DNA of 64,000 nucleotides from an uncultured Bacteroidales bacterium (GCA_963772705.1 CAVYYH010000005.1:290428-354427); one strand, 5' to 3'; positions 19,256 to 30,074 are shown, counted from the stretch's first letter. Made by a program: numbers and translations. Notes: generated by a model not told the origin, from the letters alone.

Positions 19256-20080
19256 ATGACCTCACAGGAACTCTTCCGCAACATACTCGACAGAAAGTCA
19301 TTTCTTTGCGTGGGGCTTGACCCTGAGATATCAAGGCTGCCTCTCTCGGTTGCAGATGCTGACGATCCCATCTTCGAGTTCAACAGGCGTATAATTGATG
19401 CAACGCACAGATATACGGCTGCCTATAAGCCTAACTTTGCCTTTTATGAGTCTTACGGACAGAAAGGGATGGCTGCCCTCGATAAGACGGTGAGGTACAT
19501 TAACAAGCTTGACACGAATATTTTTATTATTGCTGATGCCAAGCGGGGCGATATAGGCAACACATCGAAGATGTACGCCAGGGCTGTCTTCGCCGAGATG
19601 CCCTTTGATGCTGTCACTGTGGCACCATACATGGGAGAAGATTCTGTGACGCCGTTCCTTTCCTACCCCGGCAAATGGGCTGTGATACTTGCACTCACCT
19701 CAAACAGGGGGGCTGATGATTTTCAATATCATACAGAGAAGGGGCAGAGGTTATTTGAACGGGTGCTGACGGTCTCGCAGAGGTGGGGAACAACTGACAA
19801 CATCATGTATGTCGTTGGGGCCACCAGGGCAGAGATGCTGGCAGACATAAGGAAGATCGTTCCGGATCACTTCCTGCTCGTACCGGGGGTAGGGGCACAG
19901 GGAGGCAGCCTAGAGGAGGTAGTAAAATACGGTATGAATGACCGTTGCGGACTGCTTGTCAACTCATCGCGCGGCATCATCTACGCTGACAGCACCGAGC
20001 GTTTTGCCGAGGTAGCCGGAGAGAAAGCCCGCGAGATGCAGGAGGAGATGGCAGGGTACCTGAAAGGGTTGAAGCGCTGA
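19256..20080 (+). CDS. pyrF: orotidine 5'-phosphate decarboxylase (type 2, long form)
   Basis: 274 aa with the blocks [18 protein letters not shown] and [11 protein letters not shown]. It starts 9 nt after prfA. Confidence 0.9.
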   Translation: MTSQELFRNILDRKSFLCVGLDPEISRLPLSVADADDPIFEFNRRIIDATHRYTAAYKPNFAFYESYGQKGMAALDKTVRYINKLDTNIFIIADAKRGDIGNTSKMYARAVFAEMPFDAVTVAPYMGEDSVTPFLSYPGKWAVILALTSNRGADDFQYHTEKGQRLFERVLTVSQRWGTTDNIMYVVGATRAEMLADIRKIVPDHFLLVPGVGAQGGSLEEVVKYGMNDRCGLLVNSSRGIIYADSTERFAEVAGEKAREMQEEMAGYLKGLKR

Positions 20081-20112
20081 GGATTGCAAGGCAATCCATG
20101 CCAGCCTTACGA

Positions 20113-21102
20113 TCATTTATCTATAAGCGGAGCCAGATTACGGATGTCTGTCATACCAAATGACAGTTCAAAGCGTGTAAGATCACAACCGCTGCCTGAC
20201 CCTTTTTCCAGGTAGCTTCTGCATTCATCAAGCCTCTGTTTCATGTATTGCTTGTTCTGTACCGATATGAACCACATGAACTGTAAGTCAGAACGAGGAA
20301 TGAGCGGTCAAAGTACTCCGGATTCACTTTCACTATTGCCGGAAAGATACTGTCCTGCGCACCGTACCCCGGTGTTGAGGAGACTCGTGACAGCCCTCCG
20401 CCGAAAAATGCTGGTTTATTGCGGTCTGACGCTGGAATGGCGGCCCATTCAGCGTCAAGGAATTGCTTGTTATATGAGGCAGCGATCTCATTCTTTCTTT
20501 GGCGGCAAATTCCCTTGCAGCAGCAAAGGCTTCTTCCACTGTGACAGGGATCCAGTATGGAGGCCGCTCCGGGTCATAAATCACCCAGCATTCATCGTTA
20601 TAAACATCAATTCCCGGATCAACGGTCTTTTTTCTCAGGGGTGCAGTGAAGTATCCGTGCTTGGTGTCGAAGCTGTCTGCCCAGCCCGGGATAGGGTCAT
20701 TCGATAGAGTGACCATGAAGGGGGTTCAATGGTATTATAAGTCCACCTTTCCCTCTTTGGAATAAAAAAATGACGAAAACTCAAAGGCTATGCTTGAGGG
20801 CACTCCATACCACTGGGTCTTTTGCATGTCATTGACATGGTATGTATCCTTGCCCTGCCATTGAACCCTTTTATGTCACTGAGTACCGGATTTTGCCTTA
20901 CAACTGCAACCATCTCTTTGATCTTTTCCAGATTGGCATTCACATCGGCTTTTGAGAATCCACACTCAGCAACAACATAATCGGTCCTGCCAAGTATCTC
21001 GAAGGTCCCGGGCTTGTCGGCCAATGAAGCGGATTGCTGAGCGAAGGTACCCGTCGCTGCAGAAAAGAGGAGCAGCCATGCAGTTACTATAGAATACTTC
21101 AT
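20113..21102 (-). pseudogene. secreted hypothetical protein, frame broken several times
   Basis: Signal peptide MKYSIVTAWLLLFSAATGTFAQQ starts at 21102. Protein-like text then continues across at least four frames: ...SDIKGF / QWQGKDTYHVNDMQKTQWYGVPSSIAFEF / SNDPIPGWADSFDTKHGYF...EEAFAAAREFAAKE / EIAASYNKQFLDAEWAAIP / QFMWFISVQNKQYMKQRLDECRSYLEKG...APLIDK. Stop at 20113-20115. Confidence 0.4.
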
Positions 21103-21233
21103 TGATATTAATATTGATTTTACTCTCACAATAAAGGGATTCATGTCAGTTCTTTAGAAACCAATGCTTACCACATCTTTTCCTTCTGTTTTAAGCCCTT
21201 CCATTACTGTGACAGTCCCCTCGTAGTTTTTCC

Positions 21234-21479
21234 CTACTGCTCCAATCTGCCTGTCACCTCGTCCTTTACCCCTACGTCAAGGTCGCCGTTGGCATGTCTG
21301 GTCATGGTAAACCCTGCTGTGCCTGAGCTTTTGCAGAATCCTACGCCAGCTTCTGCGCCGACACCGACGAATGCCGTTGTACTTTTATTGACGAAATTCT
21401 TTTTAAGCGAGAAGGCTGCACCTGCTGCACAACCGAACTCCACGCTTTCGCAGTCAAATGCTATACTGCACATGGCCAT
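21234..21479 (-). CDS. small hypothetical protein (Gly/Ala/Cys-rich); may continue by frameshift to 21154
   Basis: 81-aa ORF starting 9 nt after the stop of the upstream gene. A protein-like tail, QIGAVGKNYEGTVTVMEGLKTEGKDVVSIGF, lies in another frame and ends at 21154-21156. Confidence 0.3.
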   Translation of the reverse strand: MAMCSIAFDCESVEFGCAAGAAFSLKKNFVNKSTTAFVGVGAEAGVGFCKSSGTAGFTMTRHANGDLDVGVKDEVTGRLEQ

Positions 21480-21487
21480 ACCGATAT

Positions 21488-23238
21488 CTACTTTTTATCC
21501 GGTGGACAATTGTTACCCTTAGGCTTTTTCTCTTCTACTTCCTCAGGTGGTAATGGAGCAGGATTGGCATAGACGGAACAGTCTGGTCCGCATTCCTGAC
21601 CCACGCAAAGGAAATGCATATTGATGTGCAAGAATGTATTTCCGATGATGGAAAGGGCAACTTTCTGAATTTCATAAGCATATATCCTGCTCCAGTAAGG
21701 ACTTTCAATTTTTGCAAACCATTGCCCTGAGAAAGCGTACAGGTCATCAAGGATTTTTTTCTGGCTGTTTACAGTTGTCTGGAACAGATTCAGGTAATCT
21801 TCGTAATATCCCTGGATATCCCTGTTAAGCATATTTGCTGCAGGACATTCTTTGGAACAGTATTTCCTGTGGCATTCCTCAAGACAATAACCGTCACCAC
21901 CACAACCTTCGGCACAGCTCTTATATTCTTCTACATATCGTTCCTTGTTATCCAGATAAGCCTCTTGTGCTGCCCATACAGACTTCATTATTTCTTCTGC
22001 CAGAACCGTAAACTCATCTAGCCTCCTCGTCGGATGCCTGGAAAAAATATTCTGTGATGCAGTCGAGGGCAAACCGTTCATTGGGATAATCGCGCAGCAC
22101 AGCATTTGGCGGCAGGTCCGGCACCTCCTCGTGCACTTGAAGAAACTGGGCATTGAATTTCATTAACTGAGCATGGAAGCTCTTATATGATTGAACAGCA
22201 GACCCGTATCCTCCCCCTTCCATCCAGTCAGAAACCTTCTGCGGACTGTCGAAACCGGGCATCTTCAGACGGTCAACCTCAGGCACCAGTGAAGCCAGGG
22301 CATCAGGAGGATTCATCTGGCTCCTGGTTTCTTCCCAGAATTTCTCCTTCTCGCTCTCGCCCCCTGGCGAATTTTCTGCCTGAGACTGTAGAAATGCGAA
22401 GTTGCTGGATGCCTTGCTATATGAGAATCCTATCCCCTTTACGCCGGCAAATAATTCGAGGATTGCATCCTGAAGCCTGTTTTGCTTTATGTATAAATCG
22501 CACAAAGCGGTATGAGCCTGTCCGAAATCAGGATCGTTCTTCAGTGCCTCCTTAAGATAAAATTCAGCTTGTTTCATATCGCCAAGCTCGAAGTAACTGC
22601 ATCCCAGCTGTGTCAGGATGATGGGACTCTGACTGTAAAGCTTGTTCGCATAGAGTAGTACCGGCACAGAGGTATTGATTGAATCAATTATCCGGAGATA
22701 TGCGCCAAAATTATTTATGCTCAGGGTATCTGCCGGCATCGCTTTCACTGCCGAGGTAATATAAACACAGGCCTGGTTATGGTCGTTGCCTACGGAAATC
22801 AGTGACCCTCCGGTGCTGGCCAGTCTTTTTACTGCCTTCAGACTGAATTCATCAGATGAGGCGATTTTGAGATCCTGGTCGAACTGGTTTTGGAAGCAGG
22901 TCAAGGGCTTTGTAAGATCTTTTGTAGAAACGGTCAGCGATGGCAATGATATTCTCCTTTGTTGCGGCAGAAGCTTTAGCCTCAATCCCTGGCGATTTGC
23001 TTTCGCTTTGCTGTGGCTGTTGACTCCCGGCGGAGTTGACGGGTGGCTTACCTCCGGTCAGCTGGCCTGCCAGCTTCTTTATCTCTGCATTGGCTTTTTC
23101 TGCAGCGGCAGGATCATCCCAGTTGGTTGTCTGCCTGATCTTTGCCATCTGGGCCCTGATCTGTTCAGCTGACTGTGCCGTCTGTGAGCTTACCAGTGCA
23201 GACCCAAGTAAAACAAATACCATCAGCACATATCTCAT
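21488..23238 (-). pseudogene. secreted TPR-repeat protein with Cys-rich C-terminal region; three track ORFs join into one ~583-aa frame
   Basis: Signal peptide MRYVLMVFVLLGSALVSSQTAQ. TPR-like segment (CSYFELGDMKQAEFYLKEALKNDPDFGQAHTALCDLYIKQNRLQDA). C-terminal CAEGCGGDGYCLEECHRKYCSKEC. ORFs 22852..23238, 22014..22985 and 21488..22153 overlap. They are reconciled by removing one base from GG 22892-22893 and one from CC 22022-22023 (plus-strand bases). Confidence 0.5.
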
Positions 23239-23278
23239 GTAACTCAGTTTTTGGGTACGAATAAGAATTAATTGTCAA

Positions 23279-24269
23279 CTAATTATCTTCAGAATAGTAG
23301 AGTTTGTATTTATAGGCATCCCCCAGGTTTGAGAGATATCCCTTCAGTGACTCGAGAACTCCTATTTCAGCACTTTCCGGAGGGGGAGTCTGTCCGGTTG
23401 AGGCTTTTGTCATTTCAGCGGTTATCTGCCCCAGGCGGTACTGGTCAGGTACCGACATTTTAAAGACAGTAAGGTGATTGCGTAAGGCAGCCCGGTATTT
23501 CGGGGTAAACTTATCGCAGTACTTTATCTGCTCATTTTTGACCAGAAGTGCGAGAGAGTCCATCTGTTTCCCCTGACCATAATCAACACCCATCATTAAG
23601 GTAATCTGGTTATTCCATTTGCTGATCTTGTCAAGGCTCTCCTGGGCTGAAGGGTCATTTGAAATGGCAGCATAGGGAGCGCCGATCTTCTGCGTATAGG
23701 TGTTTATCCTTCCCATCACCTCCTGCTGCTCTGTAACGAGCTTATATGTGTCACCCGACTGAGTTGTGGCAGGCTGTTTTCCCGCATTTGATTGCTGTAC
23801 CGCCATCGTCTCGGCGGCATAGGCTTCAGCATAGGCCTTTTTACCGGCTTCGCTCATATTCTGAAAATTCTGGGCTTCAGCCATCGACATGTTGGTCTGC
23901 TGCTGCATCATTCTGTTAGCCATCGCCTGCTTGTCAGCCTGGCTCATCTTTCCGCTCTTCATTTTATTGATATCTTCCTGTGACATTCCGTACTGCTGTG
24001 AGAGCTGGTTTATGGCAGCCTCCTTTGAGGCAGCCTCGGAGGCTTTTGCTCCGGCATTTACAGTTCTGTTCAGTTCATTTATACGGTATTCCACATCATT
24101 CAGAAGTTCGGCAACGCTGTTTTGGAAGGCATTGGCGGCTTCCATGGTAATGTTGCATGAGTCTTTCGGAAGGGGAGGTATACGTTTCATGAAATCCTCG
24201 TAAGATGTCTGGGCGCTGCCGACAACAGGCAGTATCATGATCATGATAGGAAGAAGCTATTTTTTTCAT
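23279..24269 (-). pseudogene. secreted Gln/Ala/Met-rich hypothetical protein; 5' end out of frame
   Basis: ATG at 24269 is followed by AAAAAAA-T-A-G. Deleting that T gives ATG AAA AAA AAG CTT CTT CCT ATC ATG..., that is MKKKLLPIMIMILPVVGSAQ, a proper signal peptide in frame with track ORF 23279..24244. It starts 3 nt after the OmpA-family stop. Confidence 0.5.
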
Positions 24270-24272
24270 GGG

Positions 24273-25616
24273 TTACAGTTTTATAAATTCGACTCTGCGG
24301 TTAAGGGCCTTGTTGGCCGGGGTGTCATTGGGGGCCACAGGCTGGCTCTCGCCCATGCCGTCTGACTCGAGCCGTGAGGCATCAATACCGAAGGTTTTCA
24401 CCAGCTCATTCTTCACTGAGGCACCGCGTCGTCTTTGAGAGATCAAGGTTTGAGGCATCGGCACCGTCAGCAGTCGGTATGACCAACAATTTTTACCTTA
24501 CATCCGGATTTTCCTGCAGGACATTGGCAATTTCCTTAAGAGTGCCATAAGATTCGGGTTTGACAACATCCTTATTTACATCGAAATAAATTCCGTAAGT
24601 AACCAGTTTGCCTTCGGTAATCAGCTTATTGCGCGTATCAGGAGCACCAACGGCGATGCGGACATTGCTTATCATGGCGGCACCGTACTCAAACCTAATC
24701 CTGTCAGGCTTGACACAGCCTGTGGGGAATGCCTTTGGGAGATCAATTATCTTGTTCTGATCCTGGTACAGCCTTATCCTTGTCTTCTGAACCCAAATGG
24801 CTATATGGTATTTCTGGTTCATCTTCTGTTTTTTCTCCTCACCTTCAACAAATCCGCTAAGGTTAGCTGCTGAGCATTCTTCACCGTAGAACCAGGTATT
24901 GTAGCTTGGCCTGCCAAAATATTCCACTTTGAACTGAAAGCCTCCACTGCCGGGTGCTGACCCGCCATCCCATGCTTTCGCATTCTTGGCCTGCATCAGT
25001 CTCATATGCCACCCTGACATACTCTCGCTCCTTCAAGACCTCCCAGGGGAACCATATCAAATTCTATTGTATAGTTCTCCGGTAATGTCAGCAGTTCATC
25101 AGTCCATACGCACTCATTCATCACAAACTTCATCCAGTTACCCGGGAAGAGGTTGGTTGTTACCACCTCGGCCGAGCCGTTGGTATTCCACAGTGCAGGG
25201 AAATCGCCCACTGCATCCTGGCTGAAATCATCGAAAAAGATCACTTTTTCCCCGGGGATAAAATCGTATTTTGAATAACTCTCAAGAGTGGTCTGCTGTC
25301 CGCCAGCCACAGCACCTCCGGCTGCTCCAGCGCCTGCAGCACCTGCGGCCACCTCTGCATTCGGAGTCCCTGCAGCTTTCTCAGTACTGCCATCCGTTTT
25401 TAATCCCGCAGCAATACTGTCCTCTGCAGTATCAAATGTCTTGTCAATGGTCTTATCGACCTGCTTATTTAATCTCTTATTGACTTCGTTCTCGATTTTC
25501 TTCTTAAAGTCAACTTTGATCTGACCTTCTGCATTAAGAGAGAGGCCGACCATAGCTATCGCAATGATAAGTTTAAAGAAGGTATTCATCTCGTTTTGGG
25601 TTTTGGAATTAAACAT
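24273..25616 (-). pseudogene. OmpA-family outer membrane protein with jelly-roll-like middle domain, frame broken about 4 times
   Basis: Three collinear track ORFs cover the gene. 25002..25616 holds the signal peptide and an Ala/Gly linker. 24493..25020 holds the middle domain. 24273..24464 holds the OmpA_C end (...NRRVEFIKL). Between 24440 and 24500 the expected ENPDVKVKIVGHTDADGADASNLDLSQRR text can only be read by switching frame three times. Confidence 0.6.
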
Positions 25617-25708
25617 AACAGGATAGAAACGGATGTTAAATCTAACAAGTTTTATCGAAGTTGCATCTTGTTCAAAGGGCTTTTTTCGACCATTCGATAA
25701 AAAACTTC

Positions 25709-25743
25709 AATTCTTAATTCTTAATTTTTAATTCCTAATTCTT
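25709..25743. repeat. 5 x 7-bp tandem repeat (AATTCTT AATTCTT AATTTTT AATTCCT AATTCTT)
   Basis: Read directly. It lies in the divergent intergenic region between the OmpA-family gene (start 25616 or 25589) and the DUF2851 gene. Confidence 0.85.
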
Positions 25744-25766
25744 ATATCGGTTTGTTCATTTGTTCT

Positions 25767-25774
25767 TAACTTTG
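25767..25774 (+). promoter_or_regulatory. -7 box TAACTTTG for the DUF2851 gene
   Basis: TAnnTTTG motif 29 nt upstream of ATG 25803. A second box, TAGGTTTG at 25793-25800, is too close to the ATG. Confidence 0.45.
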
Positions 25775-25802
25775 ATAAGCTGCATTTCTAAATAGGTTTG
25801 TC

Positions 25803-27125
25803 ATGAAAGAAGAGTTTCTGCACTGGCTGTGGAAAAACCGTCTCTTTGATGCTTTGTCTGTCAGGGATGGTGATGCCGGTGCCATTGAGGTAATCTCGCC
25901 AGGCGAGTACAACCGTGATTCCGGCCCCGATTTCTTCAACACACGTCTTATTATTGGAGGAACAACATGGGCCGGCAACACCGAGATACATCTCAATGCC
26001 TCGGACTGGTATCGGCACGGTCATCATACTGACCACGCCTATGACAATGTGATACTTCACATCGTCTATAATAATGATGCGGAGTCGTTCACTTCCTCGG
26101 GGAGGAGGCTTGTCACCGCCGCACCATCATTTGACGTTTCACTGTGGGAAAACTACACTGACCTGGTCAACAATCCTTCATTGCTGGCCTGTGAAGGGTT
26201 CATCGCCGGAGTTGATCCGTTTATGGTAAGGCACTGGCTCTGGTCACTCGCCATGCAGCGGATCGGGAGGAAAAGCGAGGAGGTATCTGATATTCTCAGG
26301 CAGACAGGATATGACTGGGAAGAGACATTGTACCGCCTGGTGTCACGTTACTTCGGGTTCAGGGTAAACACAGATCCGTTCGGGATGCTTGCTTCGCGCC
26401 TACCCCTTAAGATCATCAGAAAACACGCCGACAATCTGACTCAGGTAGAGGCTCTTCTTTTCGGCACTGCCGGTCTTCTCGACGAAACCCTTTTCAGGGA
26501 AGCGGTGGCGGACAGTTACTATCTGCTCCTGTGCCGTGAATTCAGGATGCTGAGGGCAAAGTACTCGCTTCAGCCTGTTGACGGATGGATGTGGAAGTTT
26601 CACCGCCTGAGGCCGGCAAACTTCCCGACTCTAAGACTATCGCAGCTTGCGGTGCTCCTCTCGCACACGGACGGGCTCTTCTCCAGGGTGATGGAATGCA
26701 CCGGTACCGATATGCTGAGAGCACTTCTCAGCATAAGGTCTTCAGAATACTGGACCAACCATTATCTCTTCGGAAAGGAGGTGCCGTACGCAATACGGCA
26801 GGCAGGAAGACAGTCAGTTGACCTGCTTATCATAAATGCAGTGGCACCACTGATCTTTGTCTATGGAAAGTTAAAGCAGCAACCAGCCATGTGTGAGAGA
26901 GCAACAGACATCATGGAGTCACTCCCTCCGGAGGTTAACAGTGTCGTTTCCGATTTCTCCTCGGCCGGCATCAGGGCTGATTCTGCCTTCACCAGCCAGG
27001 CTCTCCTCGAACTGAGATTATCATGGTGCAGGTATCACAGGTGCCTCGACTGTCATATAGGCTCATCGCTCATCGCATCAGGCCATAAAATCAAAGGCTC
27101 AGGCTCGCTCCTCCTGGAGCCGTGA
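25803..27125 (+). CDS. DUF2851 family protein
   Basis: 440 aa. The N-terminus EEFLHWLWKNRLF...GEYNRDSGPDFFNTRLIIGGTTWAGNTEIHLNASDWYRHGHHTDHAYDNVILHIVY matches my memory of the conserved DUF2851 signature. Confidence 0.65.
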   Translation: MKEEFLHWLWKNRLFDALSVRDGDAGAIEVISPGEYNRDSGPDFFNTRLIIGGTTWAGNTEIHLNASDWYRHGHHTDHAYDNVILHIVYNNDAESFTSSGRRLVTAAPSFDVSLWENYTDLVNNPSLLACEGFIAGVDPFMVRHWLWSLAMQRIGRKSEEVSDILRQTGYDWEETLYRLVSRYFGFRVNTDPFGMLASRLPLKIIRKHADNLTQVEALLFGTAGLLDETLFREAVADSYYLLLCREFRMLRAKYSLQPVDGWMWKFHRLRPANFPTLRLSQLAVLLSHTDGLFSRVMECTGTDMLRALLSIRSSEYWTNHYLFGKEVPYAIRQAGRQSVDLLIINAVAPLIFVYGKLKQQPAMCERATDIMESLPPEVNSVVSDFSSAGIRADSAFTSQALLELRLSWCRYHRCLDCHIGSSLIASGHKIKGSGSLLLEP

Positions 27126-27331
27126 GGTAACCTCTTTGACGAACACCTGAGTTGAGGTGACGAATGAAAAAAGAAATTTTTCATCATGCGCAACTTTTGT
27201 TATTTGTTTTGCGTCTTTTCTATAAGACGGCTGATCATTCACTTACTCTTATGTAATTGTATGGAAGGACGTTCAGTAGTTAAATTCATAAAATTTCTTT
27301 AAATTGTTTGAAATATTACAAATAAGAGTTG

Positions 27332-27339
27332 TATCTTTG
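27332..27339 (+). promoter_or_regulatory. -7 box TATCTTTG for rpsO
   Basis: TAnnTTTG motif 46 nt upstream of ATG 27385. Confidence 0.55.
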
Positions 27340-27384
27340 CGATCCAAAATTGGAGAGTTTATTAATAATCTATTGGATAAGGAT

Positions 27385-27654
27385 ATGTATTTGACTACGG
27401 AGAAGAAACAGGAATTTTTCAAGACATTCGGCAGCTCAGAAATGGACACCGGAAGCGCTGAGGGTCAGATTGCTCTTTTCTCCTACAGGATCGCGCATCT
27501 TACTGAACACCTGAAGAAGAACAAGAAGGATTTCAGTACTCAGAGGGCGCTTATAAAGCTTGTTGGCAAGAGAAGGCGTTTGCTTGACTATCTGAAGATC
27601 AAAGATATCAGCAGGTATCGTGAAATCATCAAGGCACTGAGCCTGCGTAAGTAA
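27385..27654 (+). CDS. rpsO: 30S ribosomal protein S15
   Basis: 89 aa: MYLTTEKKQEFFKTFG...GSAEGQIALFSYRIAHLTEHLKKNKKDFSTQRALIKLVGKRRRLLDYL. Confidence 0.95.
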   Translation: MYLTTEKKQEFFKTFGSSEMDTGSAEGQIALFSYRIAHLTEHLKKNKKDFSTQRALIKLVGKRRRLLDYLKIKDISRYREIIKALSLRK

Positions 27655-27656
27655 GG

Positions 27657-27686
27657 AAAAAAGGCAATTTCAGATTGCCTTTTTTA
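27657..27686 (+). terminator. Rho-independent terminator after rpsO
   Basis: AAGGCAAT (27661-27668) pairs with ATTGCCTT (27674-27681), followed by a T-run. Confidence 0.75.
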
Positions 27687-27744
27687 ATTCTTTCATGAAT
27701 TCTCCCCTTACTTTCCATTTATCCCGAAATAATCAATAATACAG

Positions 27745-29983
27745 ATGTATAAGTTAATTGAAAAGAGTATCGATCTGGGCGACGGCCGGACGATAGTCAT
27801 TGAGACAGGCAAGTTGGCCAAGCAGGCTGACGGATCTGTAGTCGTCAGAATGGGCCGCACGATGCTGCTCGCTACCGTGGTGGCCGCAAAAGATGCAAAA
27901 GAGGATGTGGATTTCATGCCTCTCTCGGTCGAGTATAAGGAAAAGTATGCAGCCATGGGCCGCTTCCCCGGGGGCTTCCTTAAGAGGGAAGCACGCCCGA
28001 ATGACAATGAGATACTGGTCTCGAGGCTTGTTGACAGGGTGCTGAGGCCCTTGTTCCCGGATGATTATCATGCCGAGGTATTCGTAACAATAAACCTCAT
28101 ATCTGCCGATAAGGATATCATGCCGGACGCACTGGCAGGACTGGCCGCTTCAGCTGCACTGGCAGTATCTGATATTCCGTTCAACGGGCCTATCTCTGAG
28201 GTCAGGGTGGCAAGGATCAACGGTAAATTCGTTGTTAACCCGACCCTGGTTGAGGTAGAAAACGCTGACCTCGATATCGTTGTCGGAGCAACCTATGAGA
28301 ACATCATGATGGTTGAGGGTGAGATGAAAGAGGTGTCGGAGGATGTCATGCTCGAGGCGCTCAGGTTGGCCCATGATGCCATCAAGGTTCAGTGTACAGC
28401 ACAGAATGAGCTGGCCGAAATGGTCGGATCAACAGTGAAGAGAACCTACAGCCATGAGGTCAATGATGAGGATCTGCGCAAGAAAGTGTGGGATGAGACC
28501 TATCAGAAGTGCTATGCACTGGCTGCTGCAGGGAGCTGACAAAAAGACCCGTTCAGAGGGTTTTGAAAATATAAAGAAGGAGTTTCTTGCACAGTTTACG
28601 GCAGATAATCCGGTGAATGAGATGCTTGTGAGCAGGTATTATCATGACGTTGAGAAGGAAGCAGCCCGCAGGCTGGTTCTTGATGAGAAGAGACGTCTTG
28701 ACGGTCGCAAGACAGATGAGATACGTCCCATCTGGTGCGAGATCGATCCCCTTCCTGCAGCCCACGGCTCTGCCATCTTCACCAGGGGCGAGACACAGTC
28801 GCTCACTACTGTCACCCTCGGCACCAAGCTCGATGAGAAGATGATAGACGAGGTGCTCAAGCAGGGTTCAGAGAAATTTACGCTTCACTATAACTTCCCC
28901 CCGTTTGCCACTGGCGAGGCAAAAGCGGCACGCGGCACCAGCCGCAGGGAGATAGGCCATGGCAACCTGGCTCACAGGGCGCTCAAGAATATGATGCCTC
29001 CTGACGAGATCAACCCTTATGCCATCAGGGTCGTCTCAGACATACTTGAATCAAACGGGTCGTCATCAATGGCCACTGTCTGTGCAGGAACCCTCGCACT
29101 GATGGATGCCGGCATTAAACTTGCCAAGCCAGTGTCAGGTATAGCCATGGGGCTTATCACCGACAAGGGAGGAAAGAAGTTTGCAGTACTTTCTGACATA
29201 CTGGGCGATGAGGATCATCTGGGTGACATGGACTTCAAAGTCACCGGCACACGTGACGGAATAACCGCCACACAGATGGATATAAAGGTTGACGGCCTCT
29301 CTTATGAGGTCCTGAAGCAGGCACTTGAGCAGGCGCGCAAAGGGAGACTCCATATACTTGATATAATGGAGCAGGTCATTGCAGAACCAAGGGCTGATCT
29401 CAAACCGCATGCACCGAGGATAGAGAAGATCTACATCCCGAAAGAGATGATAGGTGCAGTTATAGGCCCCGGCGGCAAGATCATACAGGACATACAGGCC
29501 ACAACTGGTGCCACTATCGTCATTGAAGAGGTCAACGGCCAGGGTATGGTCGATGTCTTCGGAGAGAACTATGAAGTAATCAGGGCGGCTCTTGACCGCA
29601 TCAAGTCAATATGTGCAGTTCCTGAGGTAGGTCAGGTCTACAGGGGCAAGGTGAAAACCATCACCCAGTTCGGTGCCTTCGTGGAGATACTTCCGAACAA
29701 GGACGGGCTGCTTCACATCTCTGAGATGGACTGGAAGAAAGTCGGAACGGTCGAGGAGTTGTTCAAGGAAGGTGACGAGGTTGAGGTTCAGCTTATTGAG
29801 GTCGATTCCAAGACCGGCAAGCTCAGGCTCTCGCGCAAGCCGCTTATCCCTAAACCTGAGGGTTATGTTGAGCCCCCGAAGCGTGATCCTTCAGAGAGAA
29901 GGGAGCATCGCGGGCACCGTGATGGAGACAGGGGAGGCAACAGGGATCATCGTTCACGTGACCGCAGGTCCGATTCACGATAG
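27745..29983 (+). CDS. pnp: polynucleotide phosphorylase, interrupted by one apparent frameshift
   Basis: Track ORFs 27745..28539 (RNase PH domain 1) and 28454..29983 (RNase PH domain 2, KH, S1, Arg/Asp-rich tail) are collinear. Deleting one G of GGG 28531-28533 gives ...[24 protein letters not shown]... as a single ~745-aa protein. Confidence 0.88.
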
Positions 29984-29988
29984 GATGT

Positions 29989-30055
29989 AGCGACGCGCAA
30001 TTTGCGCGTCGCTGCACCAGGTATCATACATGACGACGCGCAAATTGCGCGTCGT
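29989..30055. repeat. two copies of a GC-rich 23-25 nt palindrome (CGACGCGCAA-N-TTGCGCGTCG), probable tandem terminator after pnp
   Basis: 29989-30013 is AGCGACGCGCAATTTGCGCGTCGCT (12-bp arms). 30033-30055 is ACGACGCGCAAATTGCGCGTCGT (11-bp arms), followed by TACTTTTTG. Confidence 0.8.
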
Positions 30056-30066
30056 TACTTTTTGTT

Positions 30067-30074
30067 TATTTTTG
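30067..30074 (+). promoter_or_regulatory. -7 box TATTTTTG
   Basis: TAnnTTTG motif 26 nt upstream of ATG 30100. Confidence 0.5.

Noticed and set aside
20243-20707. 154-aa plus-strand ORF as a real gene
   Set aside because: It is the mirror of minus-strand sequence that reads as coherent protein text (SNDPIPGWADSFDTKHGYF...). Its own translation is Arg/Cys/Leu-rich and has no start context.
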